A DNA stretch of 64,000 nucleotides from Camelus dromedarius (taxonomy: Eukaryota), in the NCBI RefSeq assembly GCF_036321535.1, contig NC_087472.1:99016001-99080000 (forward strand), written 5' to 3'. Numbering within the stretch: the stretch's first letter is position 1; each line of letters begins with the position of its first letter. Below, one piece after another: positions 23,723 to 36,520 of this stretch. The translations under genes and the position numbers were made by a program. The notes under the pieces were generated by a model that was given only the letters and a program-made list of their open reading frames with translations, made no database searches and was not told where the DNA came from.

Positions 23723-23856
23723 TAGTCATCTGGGGAGCATTTAAAAAATAGTTACGTGAGATTCTGATATAAGTGATCTGGGATGTGACCTGAGCATTGG
23801 GATTTTTAAAAAATCCCCTACTAATTTAAAGTGAGGCTGAGGCTGCCAAACACTGA
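23723..23856 (+). mobile_element. MER5-type hAT-Charlie element; its left part (GGCTGCACATT, ~23047-23057) lies on the other side of the LTR
   Basis: GGCTGCACATT|TAGTCATCTGGGGAGCATTTAAAAAATA...GAGATTCTGAT...GAGCATTGGGATTTTTAAAAAATCCCC. Confidence 0.75.
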
Positions 23857-24039
23857 TACAAGTTATTGATTGTGATAGAAGCTAAGGACTTGCAAGACTT
23901 CTGCCATTGTTAGGATTCTTCCAGCTCACTCATCACTTGCCAGCGGTTTTAATGTTTCATCTTTCTTTTATTTACAATGATCTCACTTTACCTGATCACT
24001 GACTATGAATTTTCCTTCAGTTTCTGGTCTACCTCTGAT

Positions 24040-24560
24040 AAGTCAGTCTTAGCTGCAAAAATGAAAACAAATTATGACTAATTGAGCCATCAGAAGAATT
24101 TATTTAAAGGATATTAGAGTTTTCCATAAGTGCCAGAGAACCAAGTTGGGAGTCAAGATCAATGCTCAAAATAAAATTTCAGAACTGGCCCTGTGAAGAT
24201 ATAGTTATTACTGTCACTAGACTCAGGCACAATGGATTGCATAGCCCACACCACCAATGCTGGATGCTGCACTACTGCTTGGAGCTATGGCCACAGCTAC
24301 CCTTGTAAAATAGATGTAGCATTGTCTGCACATGAATGAATTCTCTGTTGATCTTGCTTCTCTGTCCATTATTTTCAGAATCTGGTGAGGGTACAAATGA
24401 TTGGAAAGTATGTGGCCACACCCAATCAGCAAAGGAGGCTGGGAAATTGAGTGGCATTTTGGGCTTCTATAGCAGTGGGAAGCTCACTGGTCGGCCTCGT
24501 ATGTAGGGATTTCCTAAATATAGCAAGGAATTTCAAGTCCTTTCTAAAAAGGTAAAAAGA
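24040..24560 (-). mobile_element. Very old LTR (MLT1M/N/O or LTR78/79 type)
   Basis: TTAGCTGCAAAAATGAAAAC...GAATTTATTTAAAGGATATT...GCAAAGGAGGCTGGGAAATTGAGT. Confidence 0.6.
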
Positions 24561-24950
24561 TGATAGTTATTACCATTATTTCCCACTGTTGCCTGACTAT
24601 TCCTGCTTGCTTGATTCCTATACAACTATTTTCTCAAAACCTAGCAGCATGAATAGGCATTCTTTCCTTTCTTCATTCATTCAACACTTATTTGGCACTT
24701 ACTACATATGCCTACAACTTCTTCTTTTGTGTTCCTACAAATAGGTTATGATTACAGTCCCTCACTGAATTTGGATTTGTTTATATGGTAGGGAGGGGCC
24801 TTTCTTTTAGGCTGCATATTCTCAGCTCTAAAACAACGCTCATTGAGTGACCAATGAATAATGTGTCAGGCTTTGATTTAGAAATACTGATTCTTAGATG
24901 AATGAGGCTTGGACTCTTTTAACTAGAGCTTCAGTTTAGTCTTTGATGAC

Positions 24951-25344
24951 TATGGTTGATTGCCATTATTGCCCTGATTCTTCACCCTTCCCTGTATCCA
25001 ATTTCTTTTTTGAGTGATGTTACTGTACCTCCCACTAAAGGAACACATTATATTTCCCTTTCCCACTTGACTTTGGACTCAACCATGTGACTTGCTTTGG
25101 CCAATGTAATGGACAGACATGATGGAGTGCCAGTTCTGAGCTTAAGCCTTAAGAGATCACACATATTTCCACTTTATTTCATGCACCTATGCTATTGCTA
25201 TAAGAAGTACATGCCTCCAAATAGCCCAGTGGTCCAGAGAAAATGAAAGATAATTTGAGCAGAACCACCTCCAGTGAATGTAGATCTCTTAGTTTTTTGA
25301 TGGTTTGTTATGCAGCACTGTTGTGGCTATAGCTGACTGATACT
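24951..25344 (+). mobile_element. MaLR LTR (MLT1I/J-type)
   Basis: CCATGTGACTTGCTTTGGCCAATG...GTTTGTTATGCAGCACTGTTGTGGCTATAGCTGACTGATAC. Confidence 0.85.
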
Positions 25345-25629
25345 TTTGATAGTGATGAACTAATAGGGAGCTTTGAGATGGGGATATCATTATTTTTTAT
25401 ATTATACCCTTGGAGAAGTACAAGGTGATGTCCAGTGCTAACGTATTAAGCTAATAGTCTATAGGAGGTCTTTAGGTGGATATTTTGGGCCCTGAAGATT
25501 GTTGTCATATGATTTTGAATATACTTAGGAAAAATGATCCAGGGAATTGTAGAGACTGTTAGTAGAAAAATACAGAAAAGCCCCCAAATTATGGCAGATC
25601 GTCATCAGAATCATCATCATCATCAACAT

Positions 25630-25805
25630 TGTTGATACCCTCTTTTATTTGAGCTCATCCTATGTTCAAAGAATAACACTATTATCCTCATTTTCCAGAT
25701 GAGAAAACTGAGGCTAAGGGCTGTTAAGTAATTTTACCAAATTATTGGGAAGAATTCAGAATTTTGTTCTGGCCTGTCAGATCTTATAGTCCATGCTCTA
25801 AATAC
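25630..25805 (-). mobile_element. MIR SINE
   Basis: ATTATCCTCATTTTCCAGATGAGAAAACTGAGGCT...GTTAAGTAATTT. Confidence 0.8.
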
Positions 25806-27097
25806 ATAATTGATACCTCAGCCAAGGAAGAATGCTAATCATAATACAAACAATAGTACATGTTAATATGTATATGTTAATTTTAAAGTGTTTGCATAGA
25901 TATTATCTCATTTGGTCCACATGATAATCTTTGCAAAATGAAAAAACTATATGGTCCTATAAAAGGCAAATGCCAAAGTTCTGAGAAATGATAGGATTCT
26001 AGCACAAGATCAAATTACTGGTAAGTCCTGGCACTAGTTACAAACTCACAGAAGATGGGAACTGTATGTCCCAGTGCCAAACTGGAACATATGAGAAAAC
26101 ATTTGGTGCAAACAATTAAGGACATAGTTCAAATGAGTGAAAATTCCTGGGTAGTTGGTTTAAATATATGAAGAAAAAAAATAATCTAATAGACACAGCT
26201 AAGCCAAACAACTGAGTTATTCATTCCTACTGAAGATTTTAATTTACTTTCCCTCTTCCCCTGATGTGTGAAAAGAACAACCCCAAACATATTATGTTGA
26301 TACTCTTAGGATACATCCTAAATTAGTTATTTCTTCTCACATTTGGTTTCTAATTATTTATCTCTGGCTCAATTTCAATTTTATTTAATAAAGTGTTATT
26401 TTTTACTTTTATTATATTACTCTGTAAATTACTGTGGGCCACCACTGTGCACTTCATTCTGCCTTTGTTTCCCCCTTCACAAATATTGTTGTACAATACC
26501 ATCTATAAAGATAAGCTGTTAACATTAGGTTACGGCAGTAACAAGTGCATTTCTCTTTCTGAACATTATAATCCAAGTGTTCTGTTTTTTTAAAATAAAG
26601 GTTTATTCTTTGATGACTATTTCATTTTGCATTTGTCTCTTTCAACTTTTCTAAAATGGAAATGAAATTGTCAATCAAAGCAACAATATTGGAGGTGAAT
26701 TCTATGCAAAGAATTTGCAAAGGTAGAAACATTCACAAAAGGAAACAAAAAGGAAAGACTTATATTTTTCAAATGAATAAGTCACTAGTGACATTATCTA
26801 TTCTTTGAAATCTGGGTATGATTATGTTGGTTGTTTTACAAATCTCTCTTCACAGAAAGTCATCTGGAAATAAAAGTGTGTCCTTTTTTTGCCATGAATA
26901 TAATTTAGTGAGAGGAGAACTGGCTCAAGAAAAGACCTGAATTTAAGGTTGAGCAGAGAACCCTAGCGTTTAATAGGAACTTGGGCAAACTTTTCCATTT
27001 ATCAGAACAAATGGTTCTTAAACTTTTGGTAGGGAAACACATTTTAGATCACATAAATCACTTTTTGAAACTTTCAAATACCAAGATATCCCCCATT

Positions 27098-27570
27098 TTA
27101 GTTAGAGTTCCCCCAGAAACTGACCCTAAGACAAAATTTTAAGTTTAAGTGGTGTATTTGAGGCGTGATACCAGGAAACATTGGTAGAGGAGCCAGCAAG
27201 TGAGACAAAGAAGGGAAGAAAGACAACAAAGGCCATGTTATCACAGCAGTCACCACTGTGGGAAGCTGTCTCTCAATCCCCCTGAAGAGCTCTGTGGGCT
27301 AGTATGAGAATATGCTTCAGGGTTATCCCAGATGAGGTGCAAAGAAGTCAGGATATTAGTCTACTTAACCCCTTGTTTGTTCTCAATGTAAGAACTACTG
27401 CTGGGGCCATAACCTCTTTGGTACTTCTGGCGTTGTTAGGCAGGCTATGAGCTTCCATGACCAGACCAACAGTCCTTGGATAGAGTTATGAATTTTGCAG
27501 TAGAGCAGCCTTTGATAACATGTGAAGGTGAGAGCTGAGGGGTTAAGAATGAGGCAACGTAATGTGTGTT
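27098..27570 (-). mobile_element. ERVL LTR (LTR16-type)
   Basis: GTTCCCCCAGAAACTGACCCTAAGACAA...GTGAGACAAAGAAGGGAAG...CACCACTGTGGGAAGCTG. Confidence 0.75.
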
Positions 27571-27614
27571 GTATCTTCCAACCAAGATTTTTATCCTAAT
27601 GGTAGAATGGGCAT

Positions 27615-28172
27615 TAGTCTTTTTTTTTTTTTTTCTGTCTAGGTTCTAGACCACCTTCCTATGTTTGAGGAATTCCCTACCCCACGAGTTTTGGGAAAGA
27701 ATTAAACCCACCTTCTAGTATGGAAGCTGAAAAGCGAAGACACTCATTTTCCAAGCCACGCTTGCAGGTAGGACTCCACTGATTAGATGCTGTTGCTTGA
27801 AATATTGATCTGGAGCAAGTGACACAATGAAGCTGAGTTAATGGAACACTAAATCTTGTGACACTGGCTGAAAATGGCTGCAGCAGCCAGTCTCCAGAGC
27901 ATTTGTGGCAGAAGGGAGGGGTCAATGGTTGTGCCCAGTGTGTAGAATTCCCAGGAGCAGTGGTGCAGACTCCTGAGTACATTGTTTGGCAGGGCCCACA
28001 GTAGTGTCCTCATCAGATAGCCTCCCTTGGCAATGCTTATTTTCTGTGCCTTATTTTTCTGTCTTCCTGGTGATTCTGTGAGCTACTATTGACTTACCAA
28101 TGCATTTGACATTTGTTTAAATCATCCAGGATCAATTTCTATTTCTTGCAATTCAAAATATTAATTAATACA
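27615..28172 (+). mobile_element. ERVL LTR (LTR33/LTR41-type)
   Basis: CTTCCTATGTTTGAGGAATTCCCTACCCC at the start; TTTCTATTTCTTGCAATTCAAAATATTAATTAATACA as a degenerate LTR end. Confidence 0.6.
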
Positions 28173-28174
28173 AC

Positions 28175-28253
28175 AGATCTAAGTTGTAGCACAGGAACTT
28201 CTATTTTTAACAGCTTCTCAAGGTGGTTCTAAAGCAAACTTTTAGAACCACTG
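28175..28253 (+). mobile_element. MER5-type hAT element, right part (probable left part at ~27010-27095)
   Basis: TTTTTAACAGCTTCTCAAGGTGGTTCTAAAGCA...TTTAGAACCACTG; left part AATGGTTCTTAAACTTT...CATAAATCAC. Confidence 0.6.
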
Positions 28254-28553
28254 CTCTGGGTTCTGTTTCTTCAAAAGGGAAATAAGTATAACAACATATG
28301 CTCAGTAGAGCACTTGTGATGTTCAAAAAACTAATTACCAGAGAAGAGCTTCAAAAGCATGAACAAGATAATTTCACAATTGAAGGTATCAACTAAATGA
28401 TGATTTTAAACTAATTTTCCACTCAAAATGAATGGATTTCATTAAGGCTTTTCAGCTACTTTGTGAAGCAATCTATTTAAATACTGGTATCTTATAGAGA
28501 ACTACCTGGCCATCCTGTCTTCAAATCCCTCCAGACTTCACATTTGGAACCGA

Positions 28554-29019
28554 TGTGGTTGATTGATTACAAAAATGGCCACAATTCTTCACCCCTCCCT
28601 GTATCTAGTCCCTTACAATGTGACTTTGTAGCTTTTACTATTAAGAATCTAGCTCTCTACTGCTTGCTCTGGGCTGGCTTTACAACTCACTTTGGCTGGT
28701 AGAATATGGTGAAAATGATGATGCGCCAGTTTTGAGCCTAAGCCTCAAGAGATTTTGCATATCTCCACTCTTTTGCTTGGAACTCTACTAGGTAACATGT
28801 GAACAAGGGCAAGCTAGACTGCTAGAGGATGAGAGACTCCACAGAGGAGAGCTGAGGTGCCTCAACCCATAGCCAGCCAACCCTTATAAGCAGAGCCACC
28901 TAGCTGACCTAATTTAAATTGCTGACCCACAGAATCTTGAGTTAAGTCAATCAGATGGTTGTTGCATTAAGCCATTGACTTTTAGGTGGTTTGTTATGCA
29001 GCAACAGATAACTGATACA
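28554..29019 (+). mobile_element. MaLR solo LTR (MLT1G/H-type)
   Basis: TGTGGTTGATTGATTACAAAAATGGCCACAATTCTTC...GTTATGCAGCAACAGATAACTGATACA, with TG..CA ends. Confidence 0.88.
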
Positions 29020-29414
29020 GTCCCCCAAATACTTTCTATATTCTATCTGAGTTCTGAGACCATTTGGGCCTTTGGGAGGGTTAAGGAACTTCTCATCAGG
29101 TACTTAACATATTTAGTACATACACATAGTAGTTTTGCTGGTATCTTACTCTGGCTCACATCCCAATTTTCAGTGATTGGGTCTTTGACTTATCATTCTA
29201 TTCTAGTGATTAAGTTCTCTCTCCAATAACCCACCATATCTTCATGATTAGCCTTTTGCTAGAGATACACTAAATATACATCTTGCAAAATGTCAAAGGA
29301 GCTAATTAATTCTAAAAACAGCATTTTATCTAAAGCTGAATATTACCATCATAGAATTACCTTCTTGGATAAATGTTAATTATTATAATTATAAAATTCA
29401 ATTTTATCATTAAA

Positions 29415-30150
29415 AATTTAGTGTCAAGGAGCTTATTGCCTATGTTTTATTCTAGAAATTTCTGTTCTAGAAACAGGTCTTATATTCAAGTTTTTAATCT
29501 ATGTTGAATTAATTTTTGTGTATGGTATAAAATAGTGGTAAAGTTTCATTCTTTTGTATGTGGCTATCCAGTTTTCCCAACACCATCTATTGAAAAGTCT
29601 GTCCTTTCCCCATTGTATATTCTTGATTCCTTTGTCATAAATTAATTAACCATATATTCATGGGTTTATTTCTGGACTCTCTATTCTGTTCCATTGATCT
29701 ATGTGTCTGTTTTTATGCCAGTACTGTACTATTTCTATAACTATAGCTTTGTTTTATAGTTGGAAATCAGGGCGCATGATGCCTCCAGTTGTTCTTCTTT
29801 CTCAAAACTGCTTGGGCTATTCAGGATTTTTGTGGGTCCACACAAATTTTACAATTATTTTTTTCTATTTCTTTAAAAAATGCCATTAGAATTTTGATAG
29901 GGATTGCATTGATCTGTAGATTGCTTTGAGTAGTACGGACATTTTAACAATATTGATTCTTCCAATCCATGAACACAGAGTATCTTTCCATTCATTTGTG
30001 TCTCCTTCAGTTTCTTTCATTAATGTCTTATAGCTTTGAAAGGTCTTTCACATCCTTGGTTAAATTACTCCTAGGTATTTTGGTTTTTTAGATGCAATTG
30101 TAAATAGGATTGTTTTCTTCATTTCTCTTTCTGATAATTATGAGTGAATA
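29415..30150 (-). mobile_element. L1 ORF2 fragment (intermediate age)
   Basis: CCAGTTTTCCCAACACCATCTATTGAAAAGTCTGTCCTTTCCCCATTG...TTCTTCCAATCCATGAACACAG. Confidence 0.92.
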
Positions 30151-30960
30151 AAAATGCAGCAAGATACATGAAACAAAATCTCTCAGAAACACAAGTTCTT
30201 TATAAACACAGTAATAATGGAAGTCTTTAATATTCTTTCAGAATTTTGACAAAGTTGTCAAAAAGTAAAGACAGCATTGAATAATGTAAGGAACTTAAGT
30301 AAAATCAACATTTACTTCTTATGTGATAGAACATTTATAAAAATAAATTATTTATTAGCCACTAAGAAATCCTTAATAAATTCCCCCAAATAGATTTTGC
30401 AAGTCACATTTTTATCATAATTAAAATAACATTCAATAAAATCATAAAATGAGAGAACAACCTACTTAAAAATCAAGAAACCTCCTCCTAAATGACTCCT
30501 AGATCAAAGAGGAAATTATAAATTATCTAGAAAGTAATAAAAATTATACGTTATATGGGGCCTGTATTCAGGTAATTTATAGTCTTAAATAGTTTTTTTT
30601 TTAAGTTTGAAAATAAATGAACTACATGATTCAATTTAAGAAAATCAACAATATAAACCAAGAGAAAGTAAGAAGAGGGATTTAATACAGAAGATAAAAG
30701 TAAACAAAACAAAAAATAGTGGAAAGGATAATAAGTATTATTTGAAATATCAAATAAGCCAACAACTGGCAAGTCCAATTCAGAAAAAGAGAAAACAAAG
30801 TACCCTTATTGGGAATGGAATGGATATTATAGTCACAAAAATGGAAAAGACTGAAAAAACTACAAGAGATAGTATGCAAGTCCATGGCAACAAAATTGGA
30901 AATCTAAAGGAAATGGATGACTTTCAAGTAAATTTTGGACTACCAGTAAACCCTATCACA
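30151..30960 (+). mobile_element. Old L1 (L1ME-type) ORF2 fragment
   Basis: Diverged EN/post-EN motifs (CTAAATGACTCCTAGATCAAAGAGGAAAT; GGCAACAAAATTGGAAATCTAAAGGAAATGGATGAC). Confidence 0.75.
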
Positions 30961-31509
30961 ATGTCATAAATAGGGTCCAAACATTTCAGTCTCATAAAAT
31001 TCAGGGTTTCATTACTGCAAGATTAATGAAAACCAGTTTTTTTTTTAAAAAAAATTGAGGGCTCGGAATCAAGCTTGTGCATCTAAGACCCAAAGGCAGT
31101 ACTGCCCCAGTGGGGTTCCCAGGCAGGCAGCTGTTTGGCTTTCTTGGACAAGTCTAGGAGGCAGGGAGGGAAACCTGTGCTGCAAGATGGTCAGGACCAA
31201 CTGCAAGGCAAGAGTGGGAGGAAAGGGAGATGAGCCAGGCTCTGTATAGGGGTTGGACCCCAGGACAGACTGATGTTGACGTGGTGGCTATCTCCTTCCG
31301 TTGGAAAGCTTCATACTGCTCCTTCTTTTGGGTCCTTGCAAAATTAAAACAAAAATGCTGTCATTTTAAACTGAGTGAGTCCCAACTAGGTGGTCACTTC
31401 CAAATCCCCTTCCACCCACCCCCATACCCTGTATTTGATAATAGGGACTAGGCAGGGAACTGGTGCTGAGCAACAATTGGATTGTATCCAGTGGCAAGGC
31501 ACCTAGTAA

Positions 31510-31640
31510 AAAAATATATAAATAAAATAAACACTAAACCATAAATAGTGGTTATTTCTGAGTGGAAGGGTGTCCAGAAGCTTTCAAATACTATGTAAAA
31601 TCTGATTTTTATAGTAAGTTTCACTATTGTAATTAGGAAA
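31510..31640 (+). mobile_element. L1ME-type 3' end
   Basis: ACACTAAACCATAAATAGTGGTTATTTCTGAGTGG...TGTAATTAGGAAA. Confidence 0.55.
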
Positions 31641-34404
31641 GACAGTGCAGTTGTGATGGTGCCCTTCTAGGCAGACATCTGTAAACCATACCCCTTCTCT
31701 AAATTAAAAATAATTAGTGGTTAGATTCTAAATGTTTGATAACATAGTTCAGGAATAGTAATGTGCTAAGCACTGATTTATTCCCATGATACTAAATCGT
31801 CTCTCACTTTCAAATGAAGTGGTACAGAAACAAGAACATCTTTGGTTAGCTTTACCAGTGTAAGGTGCTGATGATGATGTTCCCACCAAGTTACTGTGCT
31901 TTACTTCCTCTTTAATGGTAAATGGTTAAGCTAATAACATCTCCTTTTTAACTCTTACTCATGATGATTGGCTTATGGTGATGGTGCTAATACATTAAAG
32001 CAATCCCTCAAATGAAAATGTTGTACACTACTCAAAGAAGCAGCTTTCTCAATATTTTCAGACACAAAGATATAATTGATTTCCCCATTATGTTATTTCT
32101 AATATTTCTTATGCATTTGCTGCTTGAAACAGTAACTTGAAGAAAAAAGTTTCTGAACGTTAAAGTCCGGAATGGACAAAGTAATTCACTTCAGAACTAA
32201 GTAACTTTCAAGTAACTAAGTAACTTTCAACTTTCCCTGAATTTACATCTGCATTTCAGCTTTCATTTCCTGGATACCACTCTCTGCATCTTGACTAGAG
32301 AGGAATGATAAAAGTGTCTTTTCATCAGCTGTCATATAAGAGACACTTTCATTCTCAAAGGCAAAATGTTATTTCTTCAACAGGTTCGGGTAACAATGAA
32401 GGAACCATCAGTTGTTAAGTATTGTAGTATTACTATTATTTACAAAGTAAGATATTAAGGTAAAGTATTAAGGCTTTCTTATATTCAAGTTGCCTTTTAG
32501 ACATGTAATAGTTGTCCTTCCATCATGTTTGGACATCTAATAAAACATGTGACAAGGCAATTCCAAAATAGCTTGCATCTCTATATAACATACCATTCCA
32601 AAATCTCTTGTATGACTAGAAATTTGTCCCTTGCTTAAGAATGATGAAAATAGCTCAGTGTTTTTCTGATGTCCTATAGTTTCTTTTTGAACACACAATT
32701 AAAGGGAGTGGACGAAACATTGTATAATTGTGGATCCTAAGTTATATATAACTATATTTGTTGAATTCTCAAAGATAATTACATAATTGTATTCACAGAT
32801 TTTCTATCCTATAAATAGTTTTTTAATCAAATGGGCTAAGTTAGTTTGTGTAAAACCTAGAAATCCCTTGGAAAGCAATAAAGCAGAAGCCCAGTTAAAT
32901 TCAGCATTGATTCACCAAGTTGTTAAATTCAAAAGAGACTTCCAAAAAAAAAAAAAAAGACTTCTGCTGATTTCTGAATTACCAATTATCTGGTGTACAA
33001 GATAGATTGCATATTCAATATCATTAAATTTGTTGATAGCAGAATATAATTCTGGAACATTTTCTTTAAGTAATATGTTTTATAGATGAAACTTTGTACC
33101 TTGGAATTTTTTTTAAATCTCCAAATTCAGAGAACTCAAAAATCCCTTCTCTTCAACTCCTAAAAATGATCTGCACTCTCTAGAGATAATTTAAATAAGC
33201 TTTTTGTTTAAAATTTTTAGACTCTGAATACTTAAAACTGTAAGGGACTGTCTTCTTCAGTGTATTCTTTTAAAGTCTGTTATTTCGAAGTTTGATGGTG
33301 AGAATAAAATAGGTTTGGGCTACCTCATTTCTAACATTTTCTTTACCTGTATTCTTTACATGATTTATTATATCAGAATCAGAAGTTATTGACCTTTAGT
33401 TTATTTTTTAGTTTTTTCCACTTGTGATAATTTGAGGTGGCAAAGCTGACATTCAGTTTTTAAATTGTTCTCCCAAGATGTGATGGATTCTCAATAGGAT
33501 TTTTTTCTTGAAATACTCTACTTAAATGAAAGTAAATAACTATATTTTAAATAAAGTTCTTAAAAATTTGTTCTATTTCATGTTATAATTGTACACCAAA
33601 CAATTTTACAAAAATTAGAATTAATATGTAATCTAATCTCTATTATTCAGTCTTTATTATTATTCAAATTGTATAAATCATTATTAGAGAAAAAGGAAAA
33701 AATGTTCTTTCTAAAGTTATTTTCCTCATGCACTTTCATAATATTTACAGTAACTGTCAATCTTTTCCCTTATTCATTTAACTCTTTGAAAGTTTTTAAT
33801 AACTGTTTTGTACATAAAAATTATGGCTTTCACAATCATCATTAATTATTATAGCAGTTTATTTCTGCAATAATAAGTACACATACTACAGTTGACTATT
33901 AGAATTTCAATAAATAAAGCACACAAGGAAATTTTAACTCTACATTATACCTAGAATGCATATCTGTATTTGAAAGTGAGTATCAAGAAAGCAATAAGTC
34001 CTGATGACGTAGGTTACTGTCATACACTATTATTATTTATATTACTGTTGTTATTACACTAAATATATATAATGGCAACCAATAATCTTTCAAATAATAT
34101 TAGATTAAACAAGAGGCTATTTAACTTTCCAAAGGCTGCAGCCAAAGCCCAAGTTGAAAATAAAATATATTGGCTGAATTCCAAGATCAAAGGCGAACTT
34201 TCATGCCTGCCTGCTTTATATATTTAAAACTCTCATCTCAAAGAACTTCAGGCATATTATAAGATTTAGATAAAGGTATTTGTGTATATGTAATGAATCT
34301 TCTTCTATCTGGAAGCAGTACATTAGGTTATATGTTCACAAGTTTTAAAAGGTTGAACTTGAAAGTTGAAAATCCCAAGTTCTTCCTTGTTGGCTACATA
34401 GTAA

Positions 34405-35618
34405 GGATGTGTTTTGATAGCTTCCAAACATAGTTACCAACAAGGTCTTCCCAACATATACACACATGCTGCTGCCACTTCTCCCATTGAGGTAGAGTCT
34501 GTTTTCCCTTTCCCTGAATGTAGGCTGACTAGTGACTTTGCCACTCTCAGGCCTATCCCTTTAGAAGCAGCATTCACCTTTGATTTCTTGGAACCTAGTG
34601 CTGTATTATAAGGAAGTCTAGGCTATCTTGCTGGAGAGACAGCATGTGGAGAGGCTCTAGAGGATGAGCAGGATGAGCTTCCATAGAAAGAGACATCACA
34701 TTGGGTAGACTAGAATTGCCACGGGCCAGTGCCTGCATTATACCTTCCATACCCTCCTTTTTGGGTGGATGTCTCACTTGTAATTTCCTATTCTTGTCTT
34801 GCTTTTGTGTGGTGAGTGTATGGGGGACAGATAACTTGTGTTTTTAATTTGCAGTCTTCTTGTTTGAGAAGAGCTATACTTAAGCAGCTGCACCAAAAAA
34901 CAAACAAACAAAAAAAAAAACAAAAAACAAACAAACAAAAATTGCACCTGGGGATCCACATCTGAACTTGTTTTAGATGACAAGATTCTGGACTCTGAGC
35001 TAATGCTGAAATGTTATGACGTTGTTGAGGATGGTGTTAAGTGCATTTTGCATATGTAAGGGCTGTGAATTGTTGTAGTTGAAGAGTGAATTATGGTAGA
35101 TGGTCTCTAAAGTTGTCCACTAAAATTTCTCCTCTCCCTGTGCTTGAATGCTGTTTGTCTCATAAAAGGCAAGGATCTGGCTTCCATTGTCTTGAATCTA
35201 GGCTGATCTGTGACTTTCTTTAACCAATAGGATATAGCAGAAGTGCCACTGTGCCAGGTGGCAGCTTATACTTTCATTTCATTGGCACCCATTTGCCATG
35301 GTAGAGATAGAAAGAGATGTGGCAGTATCCTAGAGGATGAGCTGCCACGTGCAGAGAGAGTCTACGTGGAGCAAAACTGAAGCACCCCAGGTAACAATTA
35401 GCATCAAGGCCCAGATATGAGACAGAAGCCTTCATGGACCTTGTAGATTAAACCAGGCAGTAGCTGAATGCAGTCACATGACTGAGCTGAGCTAACCCTA
35501 CACAGAGCAAAAGAACTGCCCAATCAACACACAGAATCATCATAAGTAATAGATTGTTGTTATTTTAAGTCATTAGGTTTTGGGGTGGTTTGTTACATAG
35601 CCAAAGATAACTGAAGAG
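34405..35618 (+). mobile_element. MaLR (MLT1G/H-type) proviral remnant: partial LTR, 3' end of internal sequence, LTR
   Basis: LTR-like 34405-34730. Internal end TTTTAGATGACAAGATTCTGGAC...GCATTTTGCATATG at ~34970-35090. LTR from ~35091 to GTTTGTTACATAGCCAAAGATAACTGA. Confidence 0.78.
34895..34941. repeat. A-rich/(AAAC)n microsatellite
   Basis: AAAAAACAAACAAACAAAAAAAAAAACAAAAAACAAACAAACAAAAA. Confidence 0.9.
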
Positions 35619-36049
35619 AATGGAAATGCAAATCTCTTAATGTGGTAAAATAAAAATGTTATCTTTAAAAGAAGCATTATAAATTGCCCTGCTGTCTATT
35701 GAATTAATTTGTTAAGACATAGTCCTTTAAGAAGAGATATATATTTCTTTTGGTGAAATAAATTTCTGCCACTTAAAAAACTTTTGAAGGATGTGAAACA
35801 GTAGTTGAGAAAATCTGAGTCAAGAAAGTAACATATTCTTAATTTAAAAAAACCTCTAAATTCTTAAAAAAAACTGTTTGTAATATGTACAATATCGTTG
35901 TTCACTATCTCAGGCACACTTCTAAAGATCTGTATCTGTTATACTCCTTGGAGAAATAATCATCTAATAATTTTTCCAAGTACCACCAGAAAAGCCTTAC
36001 TTTGCAAGGCAAACTGTATTAATTGGCTTTAATGTTTAATGTACTCTTA

Positions 36050-36280
36050 TTTTACTTTTTTAAATTTATTTTTTATTATTTTTTAAATTTTATTATACAT
36101 ATATATTTTTTATTGAGTTATAGTCAACTTACAATGTTGTGTCAATTTCTGGTGTACAGCACAATTCTTCAGTCATGCATGAATATACATATATTCATTT
36201 TCATATTCTTTTTCACCATGAGCTACTACAAGATATTAAATATATTTCCCTGTGCTATACAGTATAAACTTGTTTATCTA
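36050..36280 (-). mobile_element. Young 5'-truncated L1 3' end
   Basis: ATTGAGTTATAGTCAACTTACAATGTTGTGTCAATTTCTGGTGTACAGC; perfect 15-bp TSD TTTAATGTACTCTTA at 36035-36049 and 36281-36295. Confidence 0.93.
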
Positions 36281-36414
36281 TTTAATGTACTCTTAATGTT
36301 AGTTTTGTCTATCAATATTATACATTCCTTAAGATAAGGGGTCTATTTCCTCAGTTTATTTTCTTCTTTCCTTAATATCATTTCTGGAAACATGATAGGT
36401 AGTTAATAAAATTA

Positions 36415-36520
36415 GTCATCATTCAACAGTCACTTATTGAGAACCTACTATGTGTCAGGCAATCTGAGATGCAAAGAACAAGCACAGTAACTGCTCTCAA
36501 AGGCTTATAACTTGGGGAAA
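36415..36520 (-). mobile_element. L2 3' end
   Basis: CATTCAACAGTCACTTATTGAGAACCTACTATGTGTCAGGCA. Confidence 0.75.
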
